DNA of 64,000 nt from Malacoraja senta (lineage: Eukaryota), in contig CM075990.1 in the NCBI GenBank assembly GCA_038087875.1, positions 9,240,001-9,304,000 on the forward strand, in the 5' to 3' direction. Positions within the stretch are counted from its first letter, which is position 1. Every line of letters begins with the position of its first letter. The translations under genes and the position numbers were made by a program. The notes under the pieces were generated by a model. The model was not told the DNA's origin and did no database searches. It saw nothing but the letters and a program-made list of their open reading frames with translations. Below are positions 11,528 to 25,124 of this stretch, piece by piece.

Positions 11528-12821
11528 ACTTGGTTCTTTAAATTATTTTAGATTAGAATCATTGCTTTTTCCATTTAGCAGGTATTGGTAATTTTGCTGT
11601 TCAGGATCCATCTTTCGCATCTTGCCCATTACCATTCCCTTTGGTCATTTATTCTCTCCTGAATTATATCTATTCATAGACCGTCTTTGTTATTCTCTAC
11701 TTCCCAGCCTCTGCACTAGCTTACCATTTCAAATGAAGGGACATCAATCTATTGTAGAAAAATCAGTTTCCCTCCCTGAAGCTGCCTCACCTGCTGCAAA
11801 TCTCCAAATTATTCAGGATATTCATGATAGTTAATACAAACACCGCTATTCTGCTTCACTGAGCCAAGTAGTGCAAGTCTACTGTCATCTGCTTTTGAGT
11901 TTTTGAGTGCACTCTCTCAAGCTCTCTGCCTCTGACTCTTTTTAGGTTTTGTTCAAAGCTGTTTTTTGCATTAAAATAACAAAATGTAAATAAAACCTAA
12001 AGCCACCACATAAATGGAATGACACTGTAAAACTAAAGCTGGGTTAGAGAGACTGAGCATCCAGGCATGGTAGCGGAAAGGAGAGCAGGATAAATGAACT
12101 AGGATAATGGGATAGATGAAATGTTCGCGTCGAGCTTGCAGTCACATGAATGCATATTCATGGAGCATCACATTGGCTGCCTGCCATGGTAGTTTTAAAA
12201 GGCTATGCAGACGTAATAATGCAGAAAATATATAAAAATGATCAACAGCTCACTCAGCTGTGATACTGAAAACTGTGATCAGGTATTGTTGAGATTACAA
12301 CATCCCGGTAGAGTTCAATGGCCAGCTCAACTGCATTTGACAATATGTTTATCAATTGAGTTAAATGGGTGATCCAATTCATTTAAATGGTCTGAGAAGT
12401 GTAGGGAAATCATTAGAAAATAATTTGTGCAAAGATTATATTTCACTAATGAGGACAATGCACAGCTGCAGAGTAGCAATTTTTGGATTAAAATAGGATA
12501 AAATTGATTTATTTTGTTCCTTTGTAATTCCATAACCCATTTTTTTCCATGCAATTTCTAAACATGTACACCTTTCACCAGTGGATATTTTTGCTTCATC
12601 ACACTGACAAAATCATCTCTCCAAATTATTTCCCATATCAAGTGTAAGGATATATTAATTACCAAGTTGGACATCATGCACAGTAGTGTCACTGGTTGTC
12701 ACATCTAGCCATCACTCTGCTGGCTCCTTAACCCTCCATCTCCAAGAGACTCATCTGCAGCTCTCCGATGACGGGCAACATAAAGACCATCAGAGATTAT
12801 TTGGACAAGTAGCCTTCTACC

Positions 12822-13032
12822 ATAAAATGCTGGAGGAACTCAGCAGGTTCGGCAGCATCTGGGGAGAGAATGAACAGACAATGTTTCAGGTAGTGACCCC
12901 TCCTCAGATTGAACTTTATATCTGAAGATGAGTCTCGATGCAAAACATCGTCTATCCATTCCCTCCACAGATGCTGCCTGACCCACTGGGCATCTCCACC
13001 CCTTTGTTTTTTTCATAAGATTTCAGCATCCA
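12822..13032. mobile_element. Inverted pair of Penelope-like termini
   Basis: TGCTGGAGGAACTCAGCAGG...CCTCCTCAGA, then TCTGAAGATGAGTCTCGATGCAAAAC...AGATGCTGCCTGACCC. Confidence 0.65.
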
Positions 13033-13688
13033 GTTTATTGAGTAGCCCTTTGCCATGCTGTCTGTGCAATGCATTGATTTCCAGGCAATGGAAATAGTTT
13101 TGAAAAAAAAAACCTTCAGATACAGGAAATCGGAAGCAAAAGCAGAAACAGCCCATTTCTGATTTTATTGAAAATAGCTTGGTTTTTGTGCATTGTCTTT
13201 CCATTTTTTTAAACTGCCTTCACAACTGCCTACTGTAAAAAACATTGGTGTCAAGGCATCCTTCCTTTCCATTTACCACAAACATCAAAAGCTCTGTTTG
13301 TTTTATCAATGAGTTTCTAATTAGGCTCTCAAATCCACTGCTTCTGTAACCACTAAGTGTGTTCTTTGATTCCCCACTTCGAATATCACAGGCCATTTAT
13401 GTTTGTGACCAATACTTTCAGAGTTTCTATGGTGCAGATGGTATTGTACCTACATTTGTGGGTCTCCAGTACTGTGCTAGTATTTGCTGTGAAAGTCAAT
13501 GACAGAAAATTGTTAGTTATATCAGAATTTATATTTTTTATATTTAACTTTCATCCCTCGGATTATTGTGACATTACCAATGGCTGTTTGGGAACAATTT
13601 TTTTTCAGATATTTAGAATGTAATGGATTATATATCTCCCTTAAATAGAAGGCTTATCAACCATTTATTGACCCGTGTGTTACTTTGA

Positions 13689-14010
13689 AGGGCCTGTCCC
13701 ACTTACGCGACCTTTTCGGCGACTGCCGGCACACGTCATAGGTTGCCGAAAATGTTCAACATGTTGAAAATTCAGCGGCGACCAGAAAGACGCTACGACT
13801 CTTTGGGTAACTAGGAGACTACTCACGACCATACAGGCAACGCCTGGCGACATGTCGCGGGTGTCGCAGGGCATCACCAGGGGGCATGTCGCCAGGGGGT
13901 CGCCTGTATGGTCGTGAGAGGTCTCATAGTCACCCAAAGAGTCGTAGCGTCTTTCTGGTCACTGCTGAATTTTCAACGTTGAAAAAGGTCGCGTAAGTGG
14001 GACAGGCCCT
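13689..14010. mobile_element. Palindromic PIF/Harbinger-like MITE
   Basis: TIRs AGGGCCTGTCCCACTTACGCGACCTTTT / AAAAGGTCGCGTAAGTGGGACAGGCCCT; internal arms also complementary; flanks TGA/TAA. Confidence 0.88.
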
Positions 14011-15327
14011 TAACTAATTTGACAAGTATATAACATAATCAGAATAACCATATTTAGAAACAAGGAACTGCAGATGCCGGTTTTGAAATAAGACTCAGTG
14101 CTGGACATTTTTCAGCTGATTGACATTTTCCACACAGAGATTTGCTAAAGCACCATTTTGCACTTTCTTCTGACGCAGTTTCCAATTCTACATCTTCTAA
14201 ACTTTCAAGACATAATTGGTCTCATTTGACAACGTTAAAATGATTTGCAATTCAAGTTTGATTTGCAAGTTTAATAAAATCACACTTCCATCTTGCACCT
14301 GTTATGAAATCATGTAGCTTAATCATGTGTATAGAATTCAGACCTAACGTTGTTTACAATGACATGCAGAGATTTATATAATAGGATATGTCCCTGTTAC
14401 ACGGTACAAATTAAGTACAATTGCCACCGTTTTTGAGCATTGTCTTTTTCAAAACTGCCTAATCATTGTAGTTGAGACAAATTAGACGATTTTTACCGTT
14501 AGAACAAAATTTAGTGGACATTATTCTCAAATAATATTACTCCTAAACTGACATCGACTTTAACTTTTTCAATGAATGACTAAATTAATTGAACTGATAA
14601 GAGCATAGACATTTTTTTTTAAATAACTCATCTTCCAGCTTTAAGGAGTCTTATGCCTTAAATCTTTATTCAACAAACCTTTGGTGTGAGTAGATGAAAA
14701 TGCAACCATCTTCCCATACGGTAGCTGAGTCATTGCTTTCTCAAACATGCCTCTTCCCTATTGACTCAGACTAGCTCACCTATAAACAGTGCCTAAGATA
14801 TTAAGTACTAATGAAATATTTTCTTCCATGAAAGAACTGAAATTCTAAACAGTAAGGTTAAGTAAAATGTCAAAATCCTTTGAAGAATGCATGTCTCATA
14901 TAAGCTGATTAACAATACCGCAAAGATGATATCCTGACACTGATGTAAGACATTTATCATGAGTAATTATTAGTATACAGATTAATTTGATTTAGGGATC
15001 ACTTGTTTTTCATTGATGCATGTACAGTTATTGAGAGTAACATAGGAAAGATTATGCAAAAACATCATTTTTTGAGTCTTTGGTGAGTTTTTATTTATGA
15101 TAAACATTTAGTACTAATTTAAAATTAAGCAGTGCCTAAGATACATGATAATGTGAGGGTGATTTTAAATCATCTACTTAAATCAGGAAAATGTCATTAT
15201 AATGTTAAAACTAGCATTGAAGTTTTTTCTCCAATCTAAAGGTCCAAAGAACATACAATCTTCTTTTGTGTAAAGATCTGCTACGCTGATTCTATCAGTT
15301 GGTACAAAACATTCAGGTTCTAGCCTT

Positions 15328-16422
15328 GGTAGATAGACACAAAAAGGTGGAGTAACTCAGCGGGACAGGCAGCATCTCTGGAGAGAAGGAATGGGTGATG
15401 TTTCGGGTCGAGACCCTTCTTCAGACTGGTTAGGGATAAGGGAAACGAGAGATATAGACGGTGATGTGGAGAGATTAAGAACGATGCAAAAAAGTTGCAT
15501 TCAGCCTCACTCTGACAATGGAGGAGACCGAGGAAAGGAAGGTCTGTGTAGGAATTGAAGGAGAATTAAAGTGTCCAGCCAGGAGATCAAGTTGGTTCAC
15601 GCAGCCTGAGCGAAGGTGTTCTGCGAAGCGATCGCCCAGTCGGCGCATTAGAGTCCACATCTTGAACAACGGATATAGTAAATGAGGTGCAAGTGAATCT
15701 CTGCCTAACCTGTAAGGACTTTCTGGGTCCCTGGACAGAATTGAGGGAATCTTCTGCAGGGGAAGGTACCTGGGGAGGGAGTGGGTTTGGGTGGGAAGGG
15801 ATGAGTTAATAGGGGAGTTGTGGAGGGAACGGTCTCTGCGGAAGACGTAAAGGGGTGGAGATGGGGAAATGGGGCTAGTGGTGGGATCCAGTTGAAGCTA
15901 GCAGAAATTTCAGAGGATTATGTTTTGTATTCGACAGCTGATGGGGTGGAAGGTAAGGACTAGAGGGACTCTGTTTCTGTTGGGACTAGGGGGAGGGGGA
16001 GCAAGGGCGGCGCTGCGGGGTACGGAGGAGACAAGAGTGAGGGCATCATCTATGATGGGAGAGGGGAACCCCTGTTCCCTAAAGAATGAGTACATCTCGG
16101 ATGTTCTAGTATGGAACACCTCTTCTTGGGCGCAGTTGCGGCGTAGATGGAGGAATTGGGAGTAGGGGATAGAGTCTTTGCAGGAAGCAGGGTGGGAAGA
16201 AGTGTAGTCGAGATAGTTGTGGGAGTCAGTGGGTTTCTAATAGATGTTAGTCAGTCTATTTCTTGTGATGGAGACTGTGAGATCAAGGGGAGGGAGGTGT
16301 CAGAGATGGTCAAAGTAAATTTGAGTGCAGGATGAAAATTGGTGGTGAAGTTGATAAAGTCCATGAGTTCTGCATGGGTGCAGGAGGTGGAAGCGATGCA
16401 GTCATCAATGTAACGGAGATAG
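15328..16422 (-). mobile_element. Penelope-like element (RT C-part, GIY-YIG remnant, terminus)
   Basis: YLRYIDD at ~16400-16422, RVPLVLTFHP, RRLGDRFAEHLRS; hammerhead core at 15397-15424. Confidence 0.88.
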
Positions 16423-16913
16423 GTAGCCTTTTAAACCATGACCTGCACTGGTGTAGTTCACAATGCTAAATAAATGTTAAATGCATTCATCCAAATTATG
16501 TGTGAATGATAACATACACCACCATTAAACTAAAGCGTCAACGACTGGACAGAGACTTTACCCAAACTACTACTTTCAATACTGTACTCATCAAAATTTG
16601 ACAATGTGACCAAAGGCAATGATGCCTTCATACTGTTTTATAACTGTCAATATGCACCTTAAAATAAACCACTGTTAATATATCTGGAAACAAATAGATA
16701 ATTTTATGCTGGATTAAAGCAAAACACATTGATTTAGACAAGAAATGCTAACGTCTGGTAAACATTCAAACCAAAATTGCTCAGAAAAAAAGTTAGTGAA
16801 TGTAAAAGCATGAGAATAGAAGTAACAGTAGTACATATAGCCCAACCATACCTCACCTGCCAATCAATAACATCATGGCTGATCTCCTATCGTATATTAG
16901 TTTCACACACTAA

Positions 16914-17125
16914 TGGCCCTGTCCCACTGTAAGAGTTCATTCAAGTGCTCTCCCGAGTTAAAAAAAAAATCAAACTCGTGGTAAGCATGTAGAATGAACG
17001 TAGCAGGTACGTCAGAGCTCGGGACATCTCTTAGCGGCTCGTAACGCTAACGGCAGGTATTCGGGAAGACTCGCTATCAGCAGGTAAGCTCGGGAAGACT
17101 CGTGAAGATTTTTCAACATGTTGAA
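16914..17125. mobile_element. Harbinger-like MITE, left part
   Basis: TAA then TGGCCCTGTCCCACT; internal TTTTCAACATGTTGAA motif as in the 13689 element. Confidence 0.55.
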
Positions 17126-19669
17126 TAAGAGAATGAGAACTGAGAATTAAAAATTCAGAAGGATGATAATGAGGAAAGCAAAAAAAAAGTTTAAAATACA
17201 AATCTATGTTTACGTGCACGTTGAAAGCTGTGCCATGCTCCTTGCATACTTCAGTTCTGCAAGAAGCTCCAGTTAAATACTCCTCATACATACACATAAT
17301 CTTACAATTATTATAAAAAGCTGGAACTATAATTCCATTTGACAGAATAGAAATCAGATTTTAAAATCTCAGCAAAAGCACATAGGTCAAAAAGGTACAA
17401 AACTGATTTGATTGATGCAAGGAAGATTAGCATTACAATAATTTAGATAAATAAATGATCAACTAAAATGTGAATGCCCGCATAAATTTTGGAATCATCA
17501 AATACACACAAACAATTAAGCGAGAAAAGCTGCTAGCTATCAGCTGCCATAGTGGATTAAGCATTGAGAAATGTATAAGAACAATGCTTAATACCTACAT
17601 CTTTCTTCACAATCATTTCTGACAGCTATATTTGAATCACTGATATCAACTGATTAACAGGCTTATTTTAGATGAACAAGGACTATTGATCCAACCTGGA
17701 TTGTGGTGCCCCAAACACAGCCATTACAAATATCCATGATTAAGCCCTGATCATATCTTAAACAATTCTTCTCATTTTATGTCTTTCAACTCAAGGTCAA
17801 GCTCAATCTGCTCTGCCAAAGTCTCAACGAATCGAATAGATAGACACTCCAAATAACACATTAAAAAAATATATTATCTTCAATTAGATTAATTTTCCCC
17901 TTGCCAATTGTGTCTTTGGTTTGCATATAGTTTATAATATTTGAAAAACTTAAAATGGTTATGAAGAAAATCTCCAAAAATAATAAATTAATCTTTTCTT
18001 TGGATGGCATGTTGATCAATTCAGAATATGATGACATGTAATATTTTTACAAAATGTAAGACTATCCTTTATTAATCTGATTTGGCAGCCAACACGTATT
18101 AATGTTAAAGTTGAACTGCATTTAAACTTCTTATCGAGTCCACACACAAGATTAGAAGTTGTTCAGCCAGAGCTGAACACACTTCTCGGCATCTGCATAC
18201 AATGGTGTCTGTCTTGCGCTTCTTGTCCTTAACTTAGAAAATGTTATATTCAATCAGCTTTCATAATTACAAAAGATATTTGGTTTAATTCGTCTTTGCA
18301 ATGAATGAGGACGTCAATACTGAGGAAATAAACTCTCTGCTACTTTTGGTAATCAGTTCCAGCTGCAAATCTTTATATCAATTCTTGCAAGGCCTAGACA
18401 TAGATACAGATTGTATAATTTCACTGGTTCCATTTGATGGACATAAAGTCTGAAGATTTTATTCCATTGCAAAAAAAAAAAATTTAATTGCCATTTATGA
18501 GAGTCACTATTAACTCTAAAATATCTGCGTTGCATGGATAATATGCTTTTACTTCATTCCTTTTGTTTAGTCTAGACTTTGGGAAAATGATAGCATTATT
18601 TTATCCAGTGATTTTATTTTGTTACTGAGTAGCTGCCTCCAAAGCCACACGCTGGTAATACAATAGAGATAGCTACTCAGCATTCATCAGAGTTGAAATC
18701 TCTTGACATCAATATATCTGAATTGTAACAATCACAACCCACAAATGGAACTATTTATGAATTTATTTGCAGATAAAATAATGGTACTGCAACTTTAATT
18801 CAGAAAATGTGCAACGGATTTGAGCCATCATGTCCCTGCTCATCTTGCTCCTTCTAACACTAGGTCCATAGCCTGGCAAGTCATGGATCTTCAAGTGCAT
18901 ATCCAATGTTTACTTTCGGTAAGCATCTTAATTTAACCAAACAGCATAATATTTTGATCAAGAGAAAAAAAACAACCAAGTCTCATGAGAATCCAAATCA
19001 CAGTTGGTGAAGCCCTTAAGGATCACTTCCCCATGGAAGTCAATCAACACAACCTGGTGAAGATATCTGAGATACCTCACATGTGCCATAGTAAGGGAAA
19101 GGGCACAAATAACAAATACAATTTGATTTGCCATCTTACATATCTTCTGCTGCAATTAAGAACCTATGTGTTATTCTGATTCAGGACGTCACTTTCAACG
19201 AGGCAACATCAACAAAAATTCAGCCTCTGGATTTTTCCTGTGCTCATGGCCTGGGAGCAATGGCAAGGCCAACATTTAATATTCATCTCCAATTGCCCTT
19301 GAGAAGCTGTTGATGAACAGCTTTCTTTTGTTACAGTCTGCAAAATGCAGGATGTAGGTTCTCCTAGACTGTCAGACTAGTAGAGAATCAGGATTTTGAT
19401 TAAGTAACACATTTCCAAGTGTGGATGGTAGGACACTTGAAAGAGAACATGCAGCTGGTGGCAGGCCAATGCATCCTTTGCCCGTAGCCTTTTAAATGTT
19501 AGTAAGTGATAAGAACCCTTGGTAAAACTTGGCAACTGTAGCAATGCCCTTGGTAAAACTTGGCAACTGTAGCAATGCATTGCTTGCAACGTTTCTTTTA
19601 CGACAAATATACAATAAGATTTTACAGAAGGACATTGGTAAATATTTAACAGAATAAGTAGAACAATCA

Positions 19670-19866
19670 AAATGAGGATGGTGGGTGTATGGAATGCGAT
19701 GCCAGAGGAGGTAGTTGAGGCAGGAATGAAAACAACATTTAAAAGACACTTAGACAGGTACATGGATTGGAAAGGTTTGGAGGGATATGGAATGAATGCA
19801 GGCAAATGGGATCAGCTTAGACAGGATATCTTGGTTGGCATAGAAAAGTGAGCCGAAGGGCCTGTT
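19670..19866 (+). mobile_element. CR1 LINE 3' end
   Basis: GTATGGAATGCGATGCCAGAGGAGGTAGTTGAGGCAGG...GAGCCGAAGGGCCTGTT. Confidence 0.7.
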
Positions 19867-21267
19867 GACTATGAGATAAATGAGCAGGAATGCAGCTTGT
19901 ATCCTGAAAAAATTGTAGTATAAATTCTCAATAACAAAGGAATAAACCTTTAACACATTGCTGAAACTCTAGCATCAAAGGAAATACATAAATGTTTGAA
20001 GTGCAGCATTTGCATTCAAGACATCACATTCCATGTCACATGCTGTTTTTCTTCAGCTTTTGGTATCCCACCAGAGAGCACCGTACTTGGATGTTTCCAT
20101 GTCCCCACTGACCAGGTCTTGATGCAGCGGGGCATTTGTGCTGACTTGAAGCATCCCAAACTCTCATGGGTTAGTTTGGATAAGGTTTGGCTCTCTGGAA
20201 TTGCAAAGAGAAACTGCAGCCTGTTAAAGACACGGGCAGCTGGCAAATCATCTCAGCCCTGCCAGTTTAAAAACTATGTAATTTTAATAATTGCTGAATA
20301 TTTTGATTTTCAGCATGAAATTTTGATTTTGTGCATCATGTGATTTTCTTCCCTCTGAAGCCAAGAAATGACAACTTTGCACCACTGACAAACTACCTCA
20401 GTCTTTTCTCTAATTATTTTAACATTTTACATTTTCTTTCATGGAATTTTCATGATTATTTGTGTTGCATCCCATTTCTATTTATGTTTTTATTCCCGGC
20501 TTCTCTACCCCACTTTCCCCAATCTTAACCAAGTTACCATTATGGATCGGATCAGTTTATCCCAAAGCAAATGCATTGATCAATGATTTCTTCACATACT
20601 ATCTGTATGTTGAAGGTCCCTGTGGCATTTTTAAAGCAGAATGCATGGCAATATAAATTCTGCATGGTTGATATTTATTGCACACAGAGTATCACCAAAT
20701 AACAACATTTCTAACCTGTTTTCAATCAGGTTTCAGGTAGCATATTTTCAAACTTTTATCAATTAAAGCTGAAAAATTCAGAGCTAAGCATAATAAATCA
20801 TCTTTCTACAAATTATAAACAAACTCCACAAGTGAACCTTCACCAGTAAAGTCACAGATAACTTGTTTTTCAATACAACATGTGAAAAAGTTACTGAGAT
20901 TGCCAGCAATTTAAGATCCATATATATTTAATATAGATGTACGACTAGATTAATTCAAAGTCATTTCATACTGTGCAGAATACATCCATACCAAGGTGTT
21001 AAATGGGAGAATTTTGTAAGTGAATCGTATCCTAACATAGTCTTTTTTTAAATTCTGCAGGCTTGAATTTGTTTTAGGAATGGTATTTGGAATCACTTCA
21101 CTGTTTAAAGTGGATACATTTGTGCTTCCTTTGCTTCCTGTATATTAAGGAGAAATATACTATAACTGCAAAAAGTACACTAATATGAATGCAAATGCAA
21201 AAAAACAAACAATAAACTTAACACAAACATGAAACCAGCAGAAAAAAATGACTGTTCAAGCAAATTA

Positions 21268-21703
21268 AAAAATATATATTTTTATTTATTAGAAGTATTG
21301 TACATTGCCGTGATATCAACCAAAAGTAACATAATACATTTCTTGTACCACTTCTTATTTTAAACTTTAAAAAGAAGAAAAATAGAAAGAGTTAGATAAG
21401 ATAGTGAGTGCGTGAAAGAGTGGTCCAGAGAAACCCGTAGGGACGTAAACCACAAGAAAGAGTTAAAAAGAAAACCAAAGAAAAAGAAAGAAAAAAATAG
21501 AGAACAGTAGAAAGTAAGATAAGATAAGATAAAAGGGATGTACCTACTTCGTATCTTTACACACCCCTCACCAGGTCCTGAAACCATTTATTTTCAAAGT
21601 TATGTTGCACCCTATGCTTGTAATAAGTTGATAAATGGAGACCAAATCTTTTGGAAATGGTCTGATTTGCCTGCTAAGAGGAATCTCATGTCTTCCAGGT
21701 GTT
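21268..21703 (-). mobile_element. L1/Tx1-type LINE 3' end
   Basis: Minus-strand HLEDMRFLLAGKSDHFQKIWSPFINLL* resembles an L1 ORF2 C-terminus; T-rich UTR with AATAAA. Confidence 0.6.
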
Positions 21704-23941
21704 CAAGCAAATTTAAACTGTCATTTTTTATAAATATTTGGGTGCTTAAAAAGTCTATCCTGGAGATATCAGTACAGAATTCTGATATATTTCTTTGAGA
21801 CAGATAGATGAAACAGCTCAGCTATATTGCTTGTACACAATCCAATACTCCCATAATTTTGCACAGAACAATTTCAATATTGTCTAGATAATTAATTCAA
21901 GTCTCCAATTCAGTAAGCTGACCATCACACTAACATAGTACTTACCTTCAGTGTGTTCATTACCTTTCCCCCACTCACCTATTAATTCCTATGCACCCAA
22001 TTTCCTAGATCAGATGAAGATACTGACTATTATGGGAACCCTGTACAGACTCTTGTTGCTCTTCCATCAGCGCATACTTTTCATGTAAACCACAGGTACA
22101 TAATTGAAAAGTAACGTTTTTTAGAGGCTCTTTGAGTTAAACTCAGAGACCAAGTTGAATGGTAAAATGTGACTCAAACAAAGCAATATATTTGAACAAA
22201 CAATAATTGTACATGTTAGATCCAAAGTACACAAAAGCACAAAGTTTATTTCAGATAAGTGTTTATGGTGTAATGGAAACCAATGCACCTTACTTAGAAG
22301 AACTGCAATAAGGGCACCAAATGAAAATAAAGCTTTTGTCCTGGCACTGAGAGTAGGAGAGTGATATTCAAAAAAGGTACTGCCACTGAGGAAATATAGT
22401 CGCATATGGGAAATAAAGTCAGAGAAATGAAAATAAATGTTTCTTCAGAACGACGTTGAGGATTCCACATACCAGACGAGATGGAATTAAAAGATCCCGA
22501 AGTTCTATTTTAAGTTTAAGGATTGGTCCCAATATCCTGAGCAACATTCCTCCTGCAACCAATACCAAAAATGGATAAATGGCTAATTGCCAATGGTAGA
22601 TTTTACTCTGTGCAAATAGAATACATCGCAATAGAGGCTGCAAGTTCATGAGCAGATCACTGACTGTGAAATTCTGAGAATCCAGAAGTATAAAATTGCA
22701 AATTATCCTTTTAACAAAGCAACTAGCAATTGAGCCGAATGACCATTATCACAAAGCGCTTCATGCTTAGATGCCGTTATCTGTGATGTTTCCTGCTTGT
22801 AATTTTATTTCAAGATCTTCTGTGTTCTTCATCTGCGGTCTTCATCTGTGCTGTAAATTTCTATGATTCTCGAAGTAATTGGAGATTCAAGGACTGAACA
22901 ATTATTTCTTCTTACTGATTGATTTCTTTCTCCTTTATTTTCTTCATCAAACACAATTGTTGGCCCAGCTGAATTACCCGAGAAATTACATATCATTTGC
23001 CTTTATAAATCTATGCACAATAATATATATCCTTTTTCCATTCTTCCTCTGACTTATCTTCATAAGTAGTAAATGTTTGAAAAAAATGTTTTTAAGCTGC
23101 AGTGAAGAGGGAGGAATAGCAAACATTCCTCTTTGTTCTTCCCACCCCTCCCTCTTCTCTGGAACATAAAGCAGGCTTGTGAGTAACAATTCCTCATTCC
23201 GGTAAAACGTCTGGTCACTTTCTCTCTCTTCAGGTGGAATCAACCAGCTGAATATTTACAGTAATTTCTGTCTATATTTCAGATTATCAACATCTACTGC
23301 TTCTTGATCCCCATGTGATTTTAAATTTGTGAATGCTAACCTTTCACAAACATTCAATATCAGTTCTGACAGCAGGTGACAGGGCTGACTGGACCTTACC
23401 AGCTCTCATAGCCATTCTAACAGTATACCTGGCTACTTGTGCCATGACAACTCTTATGATGCACCATATCATACTCTGGTGCAGGGGCTAAGGGCTAGCA
23501 TGCATTTAATCATGCATCTCAAAGATTATTTAGACATGATGGTATGAACCGTGATTTAGTTGTTTGCAAATGCCACAAAAACTAGCCGTGTGGTTGAAAG
23601 TGAGCAATGCAAAAAGTAGACTGCAGACTTGCCAGCTAAGTGACAAATGGTATGAGTTTTAAAGAATAGCATGGCATGGCATTTAGTAAATATAGAAATT
23701 ACAAGTGAATGTGCAACAAATAATATGATCATGAGTTTATGCTTACAGGTTATGAAAGGGCATACGGAAGGTGGATATGGTTTAAAAATATATTTATTCA
23801 TGGTAAATCATTGGCAAAGGCAGCATTTGTTGTGCATTCAGGAAATAAAGGGTATACAAGATACTTCCTTTCACAGGATAAGGCATAGAAGAGCAAGGAA
23901 TTCACACTCAAAGTGTATTGCCACAGGCAATGATGGTCTAA

Positions 23942-24463
23942 TTCTATACGGCCATCGTAGAGTCTGTCCTCACCTTCTCCATCATGGTCTGGTTTGGCTC
24001 AGCCACCAAGCATGACATCCGGAGGCTGCAGCGAATCGTCCGATCAGCTGAGAAGGTTGTTGGCTGCAACCTTCCCTCCATTGATGAACTGTACACTGCG
24101 AGGGACAGGAAGCGAGCGGGTAAGATCATCTCTGACCCCTCCCACCCTGGCCACAAACTCTCTGAATCACTTCCCTCTGGAAGGCGACTCCGGACTGTCA
24201 AAGCTGCCATAGCCAGACATAAAAACAGCTTTTTTTCCACGAGTAGTAGCTCTACTCAATAATCTGTATCCTCCTTTCGCTCTGGTATTTTATTTAAATC
24301 ACATGTTTAATCAATAATGTTTTATTAATAATGTTTAAAGTTTTATGTGTCATTCCAAACTGTTACTGTATGTCATGTTGTTACTTGCGGGCAGAGCACC
24401 AAGGCAAATTCCTTGTACGTGAATACTTGGCCAATAAACGTATTCATTCATTCGTTCATTCAT
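23942..24463 (+). mobile_element. Rex1/Babar LINE 3' end
   Basis: FYTAIVESVLTFSIMVWFG...RLQRIVRSAEK...LPSGRRLR; AATAAA followed by (ATTC)n. Confidence 0.88.
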
Positions 24464-25124
24464 AAACACTGACCACATCAAAGAAACTGTCGACATTTGC
24501 AATCACTCACAAGAAGGATGGGGCTTCACTGGAGAGAGAAATAAGAACATTTGTGAGGATTATTTTTTTCCATCTGGAGGATGGAAACTCAATGTCTAAA
24601 GAGTAGTTGAGTGGTGCAGTAATATATTGGCTATTCCACTCATCTTAAGCCATCCTTGTGCTCATTTCCAAGTTTGTGAACCCTCTGACCATCTTCTGCA
24701 ACTTCAGTCAATATACAGGTACATGCTTGGTATGGATATGCGCACTTCCTCGGTAAGCTAATGGACACATTCTGATATGTCAAAATACATACATTGCCTG
24801 TAGTTGAACATAAAACTTGTGGCTGTTTAGTTTAGTATTAATGGGTACTGACGTACAGTGAAAACCTTTTGTTGCATGCAATCCAGTCTAGCAAAAAACT
24901 GTACATAATTACAATCAAACCCTCCATTATACAGATAAAGGGTGTAGCATGTGGTGTAAAATAACGTCTGATAAAGTCCCTCAAACCTGCGCCACTACTC
25001 AAGATGATCATTGCTGATCTATGCCAGCTATGAAAAGTAATGAACAGAATTAGATACTCCACAAATCTTTCCTTTTCCTATAGCTTCATAGGAGATAAAT
25101 TGAATCTCGCTCAAAACCACCAGT

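Noticed and set aside
22830..23000. Minus-strand frame MICNFSGNSAGPTIVFDEENK...
   Set aside because: Short, weak splice context, no recognisable homology
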